From NCBI GenBank assembly GCA_963664325.2, contig CAXXDQ010000007.1:64001-128000 (forward strand): 64,000 nucleotides of DNA, in the 5' to 3' direction. Every line of letters starts with the position of its first letter. Position 1 is the stretch's first letter. The position numbers and the translations under genes are program-made. Positions 38,225 to 45,990 of the stretch are shown piece by piece. This DNA comes from Desulfomonilia bacterium (lineage in GTDB: Bacteria > Desulfobacterota > Desulfomonilia > UBA1062). Below the pieces are notes generated by a model, which had not been told where the DNA came from, did not search any database, and saw only the letters and a program-made list of their open reading frames with translations.

Positions 38225-38567
38225 ATTGCTGGAGCTGAGCCCTTTGGTGTCTCCGAAACGAAGTAATATATCTTGCTAAAAAACATACACATCTTGAGAA
38301 TAAGGCAATAGGAGAACTTCTTGGTGGTATTCATTACAACAGTGCGAGTAAAATCTGCAAAAGATTCTACCTGCAATGGACTATTGATAATCATCTGCTG
38401 AAAAAGATAAACGGTATTATGCCAATAGCCAACGGCCTGTTGCCCTGACGCAATTTTCAGATTATTGCTTTGAGAAATGTTTGCGTCTGAGCAGATTAAC
38501 CCGGTACCTTTCAAAATCCGGTTTTCCTAAATCGCATCAGAGCAACAGACCGGCAAGACCTGACCCC
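38225..38567 (+). pseudogene. Remnant of a REP-associated tyrosine transposase (RAYT)-type gene: C-terminal DnaA-like HTH plus end motif
   Basis: Frame 38263-38448 reads VIYLAKKHTHLENKAIGELLGGIHYNSASKICKRF...LLKKI. FGVSE lies upstream in another frame. CAAGACCTGACCCC at 38554-38567. Confidence 0.55.
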
Positions 38568-38601
38568 ACAAATCACATATTGCTTTGGTTTTTTACTGGA
38601 G

Positions 38602-39324
38602 TCATTTTGTCATTTCTGTTCTAACAATATAGCGTATTGTCGAATTACTTGCTTCTAGAATGTCAATAAGCATACCCCTGAAACCAATAGTTTTTGACTC
38701 GTTAAGGTCATAAGTAAGATCCTGGAAAAAAGCAGGTCGGGCAAAATCGTCCTTGTATTCCCGATATGTGAACCTCACAGTCGTTCCGGTTCTTCCATTA
38801 TAAAGGAGTTCCTGTTTAAAGGAGCCTCTGACAAATATATCCTCACCCGGCTTAAAAAGATTTTTAGGGGAATTTTTTTCATTAGCATAAGAGAAATTCC
38901 CACAGATAAACTCAGTCAGTTCGTTATCATTACCGATGACCACGTAGCATGAATACCCAGTTCCAGGATTACCTGGTTCGGTCGGTTTGTACAATCCAGG
39001 AATTTCCGTATCGCAAATGACATTTCCGGATTCATTTTTATATTTGCCCACCCACTTGCTATCTTTTCTTATGGTTGGGAAATTTATAAGCATTACTGGA
39101 GGAGGAGTATAATCTTGTGTTGAAACGAATCCTGGATAAACATTTCCATCAATAAATTTGACAATAGGCTCGCCCACAGTTTTCTGCTGTTCTATGTTGA
39201 GATTATATGTCGCCGTAACGACATGTTTGGACAATATAGGTAGCATCGTAGCAGCACATCCGGCAAACAATATTACTGATAAACACAGGACTATAATTTG
39301 TAATATATTATTAATCCCTTTCAT
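38602..39324 (-). CDS. Hypothetical lipoprotein (AT-rich)
   Basis: Lipobox FAG|C. C-terminal SFKQELLYNG...YREY..D.ARPAF.QDL.YDL motif of an uncharacterised lipoprotein family. AGGAG RBS. Confidence 0.8.
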   Translation of the reverse strand: MKGINNILQIIVLCLSVILFAGCAATMLPILSKHVVTATYNLNIEQQKTVGEPIVKFIDGNVYPGFVSTQDYTPPPVMLINFPTIRKDSKWVGKYKNESGNVICDTEIPGLYKPTEPGNPGTGYSCYVVIGNDNELTEFICGNFSYANEKNSPKNLFKPGEDIFVRGSFKQELLYNGRTGTTVRFTYREYKDDFARPAFFQDLTYDLNESKTIGFRGMLIDILEASNSTIRYIVRTEMTK

Positions 39325-39546
39325 AAACCGCGTCTCCTAATTTGATTTGAAGGAAATGTAGTCATATTTTCTCGGTGATTTTCTGATTATTTAACTTATT
39401 TAATTTGTAACAGTCCTTCTGTATTCAATCAAGCCCAATTACACTTAATCGTAAACTCAACCGTAACCCCTTCACACCTTTCATGGATTTTTTTGAGGTC
39501 TTTCAGGAAAACTTGGGGGACACCTATAAAATTTATAATCAATTTA

Positions 39547-39669
39547 TACAGGGCGTCAGAACAAAGCAGGCCGCGAAGCGACGACGCGGAAATGCGAGGT
39601 GTACATTGCCGTACTCCGTAGCGTTTCCGCAAGGAGCGACAAAGGTATGCAAAGTTATCACGCCCTGTA
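39547..39669. repeat. 123-bp palindromic MITE/ERIC-like element, copy B (inverted relative to copy A)
   Basis: TACAGGGCGTCAGAACAAAGCAG...TGCAAAGTTATCACGCCCTGTA termini are identical to the reverse complement of copy A. Central GTAC-ATTGCC-GTAC. Confidence 0.8.
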
Positions 39670-39675
39670 CGAAAT

Positions 39676-41943
39676 CTATTTGGAGACCATCCTTTTGTCT
39701 AAGGTGGTCATCTTCCTGATGCCGTCATCCGTCACCACATAGCAGTCTTCAACTCCGATTAGGGTGTTCCCGAAGCTTTCCCAGGCCTCGATCTCGAAAA
39801 CCATGCCCTTCTCGTAAGTCCTGTCCAGGAAGCCCATTGTGCCGAAAAGGTGAGTTTCTTCGCATTCGAGGCCTATTGTATGCCCGACTGCGAACGTCAT
39901 GCCGTCCGGTTTTATGGTCTTGTAGTAGGCTATGGCCTCGTCGTTCAGTTCCTTGACGCTGACTCCCGGCTTGACGCGCTTTTCGAAATATTCCTGCAGG
40001 AGGATGAGCCTGTCAACGAGGCCCGCAGCCTCGTCAGGCACTCCACCTATGACCACGTGGCGGTTGACGTCCGCAACATATCCCTTGCAGATTGCCCCGA
40101 AGTCGAAACGCACTATATCGCCGTTCTTGACCTCCCTTCCCGTGCCCGGGAGTTCGGGATCGGAATCACCTATGCTCATTGTGAGATGGTCCCAGCCCAC
40201 AAGCCCCTCGTCCACGAACACTCTGCGCGCTATTTTAAGGAAGTCATTGTCGGTCATGCCGGCTTTGGCGGCCTCAATGCAGGCGGTGATAGCCTTTTCG
40301 GTAATAAGGGTGGCCTTCTCTATACAGGCAATCTCCTCGTCGCTCTTTATGATCCTCAGGTCCACCATGACCCCGTCGGCCGAGACTATTTCCGAATCCG
40401 GGTTCTTGTATGCGATATGGTCGGTTATATATTTGGGTGCAACGGACTCGACGCCTATGCGCTTGCCTACAAGTCCCCACTTCTTGATCTTCGACCATAT
40501 CTCGCGCCTGACATCCTTCTGGCTGCTTATGTCCCTGTGCTCAGCCACCCAGCATATATCGTCCACGCTCCTGAACAGTCCCCAGTTGAGAAGCATGACA
40601 TCACCTTCGCGCTTCATCATGGCGACGCTAGGGTACTGGTTATTGAGCGCGAAAAGGATCGGGTTGGCCTCGGCGTGCAGCACCGGCAGCCCCGTGAGAT
40701 AGTATATGTTAACGGGCGACGTTGCTATGAAGAGATCGAGATCGTACTTCTCCATTATTTCGGCGGCGCGTTTTTTATTGAATCCGAGGGACTTCATGCG
40801 TTTCACCTCCGGCAAATTTTTATTTATGGGGATATGAAGGTTAAGGTCTTCGAGAAGGGATAATGTGCCTTTCTCCTTTGCCAGCGAGAAAAGCTCGTCC
40901 CTGGCAGCGGCCCTGCCAGTATGCGCCGAGAGGTATCCCATAAGAACTCCGGCAATAGCGCTTTTCGCATCTTCGGGTGTGAACTCGGGCTCTTTGTTTT
41001 CAAGGATGCATCTGGCGAAATGCTCGTCTGCATGCCTTACCGATATGGTATAATACCTGGGAAACGGCTCGTGCTCGATGTCGGGCTCGAACCATTTCTG
41101 TTTGTTTTCACCCATGGTCTCGTGGTGCGAGAATATCTTTACCGGCTTATCCCACATGTGGTTTTCGAGTATGGTGCCCTTGGTACCGTATATCTCGAGG
41201 CTGTTGAAAGGCGGGGTTATCTGCGTGAAGCTTACCGTTATGTCGGCTATGGGTCCGCCCGCGAACCTGACCATTGAAAGCGCGTTGTCTTCGGCCTTTT
41301 CCGGCAGGTTGATCGCCTGTTTCGCGAGCATGGCTGTGACTGACTCGACCCTGTCGTTCAGTATCCATTCGATTGCAGCGAACTTGTGCGCGGCCATGTC
41401 GATGAACGAGCCGCCTCCCGCCTTGAGAGGGTCGCCTTTCCAGAAATCAGGTATGCTGAGGCCCGGTATCTCATTCACCCCCTCGTAAGCCCTCACGAGA
41501 AGAACTTCTCCGATGAGCCCCTGCTGAACGGCGTCATGCATGTATCTGTGCGCCGGGAGAAATCGGTGGTTTTCTGCGATCATCAGCTTGACGCCAGCCT
41601 TTCTGGCCGCATCTATCATCATGTCGCAACCCTCGATCGTGGTAGCCATGGGCTTTTCGCAGAGCACGTGCTTTCCGGCTGCTGCGCATTTCGCTACGAT
41701 GCCCTCGTGATACATGTGCGGTACGAGCACAAGTACGGCGTCTATGTCACTTTTAAGGAACTCCTCAAGACTGGCATATGCAGTCATCTCGTTCGTACGG
41801 TAGCGTCTGGCCATCTTCCTGGCCTGCTTGATGTTGACATCGTATATGGCCGTGAATTTTATGAATTCGGATCCGGCGCATGCATTGCTGTGAAAGCTCC
41901 AGGCGCCGCCCCCTCCTATGACTCCGCATTTGACGTGGTTCAT
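39676..41943 (-). CDS. Fusion: Gfo/Idh/MocA NAD-dependent oxidoreductase plus M24 (Xaa-Pro peptidase/creatinase fold) hydrolase
   Basis: N-half has GVIGGG, HVLCEKPM, AENHRF and GGGSFIDMAAH. C-half has NIYYLTG, LRIIKS.EEI, DFG...GY.AD, GHTIG, FEIE and GVED. AAGGAG RBS before ATG 41943. Confidence 0.87.
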   Translation of the reverse strand: MNHVKCGVIGGGGAWSFHSNACAGSEFIKFTAIYDVNIKQARKMARRYRTNEMTAYASLEEFLKSDIDAVLVLVPHMYHEGIVAKCAAAGKHVLCEKPMATTIEGCDMMIDAARKAGVKLMIAENHRFLPAHRYMHDAVQQGLIGEVLLVRAYEGVNEIPGLSIPDFWKGDPLKAGGGSFIDMAAHKFAAIEWILNDRVESVTAMLAKQAINLPEKAEDNALSMVRFAGGPIADITVSFTQITPPFNSLEIYGTKGTILENHMWDKPVKIFSHHETMGENKQKWFEPDIEHEPFPRYYTISVRHADEHFARCILENKEPEFTPEDAKSAIAGVLMGYLSAHTGRAAARDELFSLAKEKGTLSLLEDLNLHIPINKNLPEVKRMKSLGFNKKRAAEIMEKYDLDLFIATSPVNIYYLTGLPVLHAEANPILFALNNQYPSVAMMKREGDVMLLNWGLFRSVDDICWVAEHRDISSQKDVRREIWSKIKKWGLVGKRIGVESVAPKYITDHIAYKNPDSEIVSADGVMVDLRIIKSDEEIACIEKATLITEKAITACIEAAKAGMTDNDFLKIARRVFVDEGLVGWDHLTMSIGDSDPELPGTGREVKNGDIVRFDFGAICKGYVADVNRHVVIGGVPDEAAGLVDRLILLQEYFEKRVKPGVSVKELNDEAIAYYKTIKPDGMTFAVGHTIGLECEETHLFGTMGFLDRTYEKGMVFEIEAWESFGNTLIGVEDCYVVTDDGIRKMTTLDKRMVSK

Positions 41944-41962
41944 GTCGGACTCCTTATAAAGA

Positions 41963-42397
41963 TTATTCCAGTTCGTCCTGGACGATGTCCAGGATGGTCC
42001 TGAAGACCAGGGCGTCGTTGATGATACCATCAACCTTGAGCTCTCCGTTCATGTAGGCGGCGGTGGGGTCCACTGCTCCTGAGAATATGCCGACGGCAAG
42101 AGAGGAGCTCATGTCCAGGGTTATGTCAGGCGCGGATATTTCTCCGGAGCCCATGGAAAATTTAAGGTTTTCGACCTTCATCCATGCATAGGGCTTGCCG
42201 TCGATCCTGTACTGGAATTTCCTGTTAAAGCCTTCGACTTCGTCCTGGATATCTTCCGTGAAGTTGCAGAGCTGAGTGAATACTGCGAAAAAATCGGGCA
42301 GGTCATTTATCGAAAATGTGTTTTCCTCGATTTTATCCAGAACTGAATCCTTTAATGCCTGGTCCACCGGAATATTGCTTTCAATCAGCCATTGCAT
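41963..42397 (-). CDS. SCP2 sterol-binding domain protein
   Basis: PDITL, G.VDPT.AYM.G.LKVDG.I.DAL C-terminal SCP2 signature. AGGAGG RBS. Confidence 0.85.
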   Translation of the reverse strand: MQWLIESNIPVDQALKDSVLDKIEENTFSINDLPDFFAVFTQLCNFTEDIQDEVEGFNRKFQYRIDGKPYAWMKVENLKFSMGSGEISAPDITLDMSSSLAVGIFSGAVDPTAAYMNGELKVDGIINDALVFRTILDIVQDELE

Positions 42398-42433
42398 GAT
42401 TTTTACCTCCTGTCAGAAGATCGGATGTTTCAT

Positions 42434-42448
42434 ATTGGTCTGACCAAT
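42434..42448. promoter_or_regulatory. GntR/FadR-subfamily-type operator
   Basis: ATTGGTC-T-GACCAAT perfect palindrome about 37 bp upstream of the SCP2 gene. Matches the TGGT-N3-ACCA FadR/PdhR/LldR box. Confidence 0.7.
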
Positions 42449-42550
42449 TTGTATAATTGAAAACTGTTTTTATATCAATAAAATATTATGGGAAAGCCAG
42501 AGGCTTGTAAAGTTAATCGCGGATTTGACTGTTATACGGGTATCTGAAAT

Positions 42551-42630
42551 AAAAAAAATGGGATGGCGTTTTTGGGCAAAGGAGGCGCCATCCCTTAAGA
42601 GGAGGTTACAAAGACGTTTTTTTCTGTTCT
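42551..42630 (-). ncRNA. Candidate small RNA with two anti-Shine-Dalgarno motifs and an intrinsic terminator
   Basis: Minus strand: ...AACCUCCUCUUAA GGGAUGGCG CCUCCUUUGCCCAAAAA CGCCAUCCC AUUUUUUUU. Upstream TGCATC-N16-GCATCTAA resembles an ECF promoter. Confidence 0.45.
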
Positions 42631-42680
42631 AATTCTTTAGATGCATTTTCTTCTTTCTTGGATGCATGAATTCTTTATCG

Positions 42681-43589
42681 TCACTTTATGAAAATACTTA
42701 ACCCCGAAATTAAAGATTCCGGAAAAAAATTATAGGCACCCGAGGCCTCGGCTACTGGTGTGAATCCGCAGACCCTGCAATCGGGAGTTCCACGGCCTTT
42801 TACATAGCATCCGGTAAAAATATTCCCGTCAGGTGTGACGTTGGCGAGCAGCCACTCGCGGCACTTCCAGGTGTTTTCTATCATGGCTTGCAGTCTCGAG
42901 GATGAATTCAATATAGGAACTCCCGTCTTTTTCAGGCGGATGACTGTCTCGATGGCAAGCCTTCTTTCGTGAGGGTTAAGGCAAAGGTCTTCCTCACCCC
43001 GGGAATAAGGGTAGAAGAACTGGACTGTTATCCCTTTTACCTGAGGGATTTTTGCAACAAAAAGGGATAACTCTTCAAATTCCTTCCAGTTGAGTCTGTT
43101 GAATGTGAAATGCACAAGCAGTTTCTTATGGGTGCTGTTTCTTATGTTTGAAATTGCCGTATCAAAAGAGTTGCACCTGAGTCTGTCATGGGTTTCCTTC
43201 AAGCCGTCTACGCTTACCCAGAGTATATCGGTTTCTGGATCAAGCGGCAGTGTGCCGTTGGTCGTGACGCCAACAGAAATGAAATGCTTTTTGGCCAGCA
43301 GGGCCAGGTCATTGAAATCACGGGTCCCGCTTTTCCACATGAGCGGTTCGCCTCCCTCAAATATGACGAAAAGGCAGCCCTTTTCTTTTAAGCGCAAGAT
43401 CGCCTGTACGGCATCTTCCCATGAGATGTGCGCACCGGGCATTCCCGACAATGAATGAAAAGGGCAGGGCGCACATCTAAGGTTGCAGAGATATGTGAGC
43501 TTGAAACTGGCGATCAGGGGGATTTGCTTCCTGAAGACCCTTGTCCTCAGAAAATAATGGACAAGCAGGGGTAGGGCATTAATCTTCAA
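42681..43589 (-). CDS. Radical SAM protein with C-terminal Cys-rich (SPASM/Twitch-like) domain
   Basis: CNLRCAPC, GGEP, TTNG and SVDG...HD..R motifs. C-terminal C...CY...C..C. Confidence 0.9.
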   Translation of the reverse strand: MKINALPLLVHYFLRTRVFRKQIPLIASFKLTYLCNLRCAPCPFHSLSGMPGAHISWEDAVQAILRLKEKGCLFVIFEGGEPLMWKSGTRDFNDLALLAKKHFISVGVTTNGTLPLDPETDILWVSVDGLKETHDRLRCNSFDTAISNIRNSTHKKLLVHFTFNRLNWKEFEELSLFVAKIPQVKGITVQFFYPYSRGEEDLCLNPHERRLAIETVIRLKKTGVPILNSSSRLQAMIENTWKCREWLLANVTPDGNIFTGCYVKGRGTPDCRVCGFTPVAEASGAYNFFPESLISGLSIFIK

Positions 43590-45036
43590 TACGCGATACG
43601 TAATCCGTAACCTTTGCCAGGGCGTAAATCGCTCTGTCGGGTGACGGATATGCCATCACGCCTTTTGAATCAAGCATGGCGATTATGCTTTCGTTTCTCG
43701 GCGCATCAAAGGCCATGAGGTCGATGACTGGGACGATCGGAATGCCTTCCTTTTCGATAAGGCCGCAGAGAAGCTCGAAAAGCCTGTGCTCTTCACTTAT
43801 AAGTATGTTTGCATACTTTTCAATATCGGCTCTGGAAATGACATCTGATGTCAGCAGCCTTTCCGCCCTCATGGTCATGTAACCCAGCCCCATCACTATG
43901 ACAGAATCGATGGTCCCGCATTCGGCAAGCAGCTTTACGGAATCGGTTATGACATTGACCTTGCCCGGCGCAACCAGGTCAACGGGATTTCCCCTGCTCC
44001 AGAACGGCGGCAGGACACTGTCGAGTTCTTCGATGATTGTTTTGCCGAGCGGCGGTATATCGAGTCCGTTTGAGGTGCACATGTCGGTTGCTATTACGCC
44101 CCATCCTCCGCCCAGTGTAATTATGCCAACACGGTTTCCTCTGGGAACAGGCTGCGAAATCAGCATGCCGGCCACGTCTATCATTTCATCCATAGTCGTC
44201 ACCTGGATAATGCCGGTCTGCCTGCACATGGATGAGAATACGCCGTCATCGCTTGCTATCGCACCTGTATGGGACATGGCGGCCCTGGCTCCCTGGGCGG
44301 TCCGGCCGCCTTTGAGAAGAATCACGGGCTTATTCCGGGTTATCCTTCTGGCTGAATCAAAAAAGCGCCTGCCATCCCTCACGCCTTCCACATAAAGGCA
44401 TATCACCTTTGTCTTCCCGTCTTCCTCGAGCATCTGAAGGTAGTCTTCCATCGTCAGGTCCGCCTCGTTCCCTGAACTGACAAGACGGGAAAGCCCTATA
44501 TCCCGCCTTATGAAGCGGTACGCTATGGATGATCCGAGGTTTCCGCTCTGCGTTATCAGCCCGACATTGCCTTTCTTTATGGGCATGGATGTCATCAGCG
44601 CCTGCATGCATGAAGGCCATGCGCTGAAAATGCCCATGGTATTGGGGCCCACCAGCCTTATCCCGCCCGAGCGGGAAATTTTCACTACTTCTTTTTCAAG
44701 GGCCGCGCCTTTTTCACCTGTTTCTGAAAAACCGGCAGTGATGACAATTGCCGCAGGTATCTTTTTTTCTATGCATTGCTTGATTGTTGAAGGAACGAGG
44801 GTGTCTTTAACGACAATAACGGCCAGGTCGATCTTATCGCAGATGTCAGAAATATTTTTATAGACCTTTCTCCCGTACCATTCACCGCCCTGCGGATTTA
44901 CAGGGTAAAGCCTTCCCTGATAGTCGCACCTTATTATATGGTGAAGGATATTGAAGCCCCATTTGAAGACGTCTCTCGATGCGCCTATGAAAGCAATCGA
45001 TTCCGGTTCAAAAAGGGCTTTTGCGATGCTGTCCAT
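43579..45036 (-). CDS. ADP-forming acyl-CoA synthetase alpha subunit (AcdA-like CoA-binding protein)
   Basis: PESIAFIGAS, YPVNP, GPNTMG, QSG, phospho-His in SHTGA, GGG.GV and NPVDL motifs. Confidence 0.9.
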   Translation of the reverse strand: MDSIAKALFEPESIAFIGASRDVFKWGFNILHHIIRCDYQGRLYPVNPQGGEWYGRKVYKNISDICDKIDLAVIVVKDTLVPSTIKQCIEKKIPAAIVITAGFSETGEKGAALEKEVVKISRSGGIRLVGPNTMGIFSAWPSCMQALMTSMPIKKGNVGLITQSGNLGSSIAYRFIRRDIGLSRLVSSGNEADLTMEDYLQMLEEDGKTKVICLYVEGVRDGRRFFDSARRITRNKPVILLKGGRTAQGARAAMSHTGAIASDDGVFSSMCRQTGIIQVTTMDEMIDVAGMLISQPVPRGNRVGIITLGGGWGVIATDMCTSNGLDIPPLGKTIIEELDSVLPPFWSRGNPVDLVAPGKVNVITDSVKLLAECGTIDSVIVMGLGYMTMRAERLLTSDVISRADIEKYANILISEEHRLFELLCGLIEKEGIPIVPVIDLMAFDAPRNESIIAMLDSKGVMAYPSPDRAIYALAKVTDYVSRIED

Positions 45037-45843
45037 CTATTTCCCCGGGAAGTCGGCCTTGCGCTTTTCCTTCTGGGCGCGTACCCCTTCGCGTGCATCC
45101 GCACTGCCGAAAACGGGCAGCCCGATTTCGACCTCGCGGTCAAAGGCCCTCCTGAGTTCCATTTCCCTCATCTCGCGGGCAAACTTGATTATACCCTGGC
45201 ATGCCAGCGGACCGTTACCCGCAATCTTTTCGGCCATGGCCATGGCCGTGTCCATCAGCTCGGACTTCTTGACGACCCTGTTCAGGAAACCCCACTCATA
45301 AAGCGTCTGGGCGTCGTAATTGCCTGCCGTGAGAAGGATTTCAAGTGCACGGTTGGGCCCTAATATCCTGGGCAGGAAAACGTTTCCTCCTCCTATCGGC
45401 ATGATGCCCAGGCTGGATTCGCGCATCTGGAAGACCGCATCATACGAAGCGATCCTGATGTCAGCGCCCATCGCCATTTCAAACCCGCCGGTGAGGCAGT
45501 AACCGTTCACCGCTATGATGACGGGTTTCATGACAAAACTGTATTTCAGCATGGCCTCGCCTGCGCCGCTGCCGAACCCTTCATAAAGCCACTTCTCCGC
45601 ATCGTTTTCAGGCTCGCGCATGCGGGTGAGCACAGGGATTGCCGTCTTCAGATCCATACCGGAGCAGAATATATCCGGCAGCGCCGAATAAATTACGGCC
45701 ACCCTGACATTTGCATCTGCATTTATATCCTTGTATGCGTTGTGGAGTTCGAGCAATATACCCGGGTCAAGCGCGTTTTTCTGTTCAGGCCTGTTGAGCC
45801 CCAGTTTGGCGATGTGTCCGACTTTCTCATATATAAGCCCCAT
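45037..45843 (-). CDS. Enoyl-CoA hydratase/isomerase (crotonase) family
   Basis: LNRP..KNAL, FCSGMDL, GGFE, RE..LG.MP.GG and DAREG..A..EKR motifs. AGGAGG RBS before ATG 45843. Confidence 0.92.
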   Translation of the reverse strand: MGLIYEKVGHIAKLGLNRPEQKNALDPGILLELHNAYKDINADANVRVAVIYSALPDIFCSGMDLKTAIPVLTRMREPENDAEKWLYEGFGSGAGEAMLKYSFVMKPVIIAVNGYCLTGGFEMAMGADIRIASYDAVFQMRESSLGIMPIGGGNVFLPRILGPNRALEILLTAGNYDAQTLYEWGFLNRVVKKSELMDTAMAMAEKIAGNGPLACQGIIKFAREMREMELRRAFDREVEIGLPVFGSADAREGVRAQKEKRKADFPGK

Positions 45844-45990
45844 TGATATTCCTCCTTGCAAAATGGATTTACAGGTTGTTACGGTTGAAATCAATATTTG
45901 TCAACATTGCATAAAACCGCTTGACACTTTTTCAACATATTATAAATGATACTCTCTGGTGCCTGAAAACATTACATAATTCAACCAGAG

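Noticed and set aside
38125-38514. 129-aa minus-strand ORF
   Set aside because: It overlaps higA in antisense, and the plus-strand HTH remnant explains the region better.
39850-40863. 337-aa and 256-aa plus-strand ORFs
   Set aside because: Antisense shadows of the M24 domain, as expected from codon bias.
42681-43589. Radical SAM protein as the GRE-activating enzyme
   Set aside because: It lacks the DGPG.R/KGC.L.C.WC.NPE activase signature, has a SPASM/Twitch-like tail, and sits 18 kb away in a different operon.
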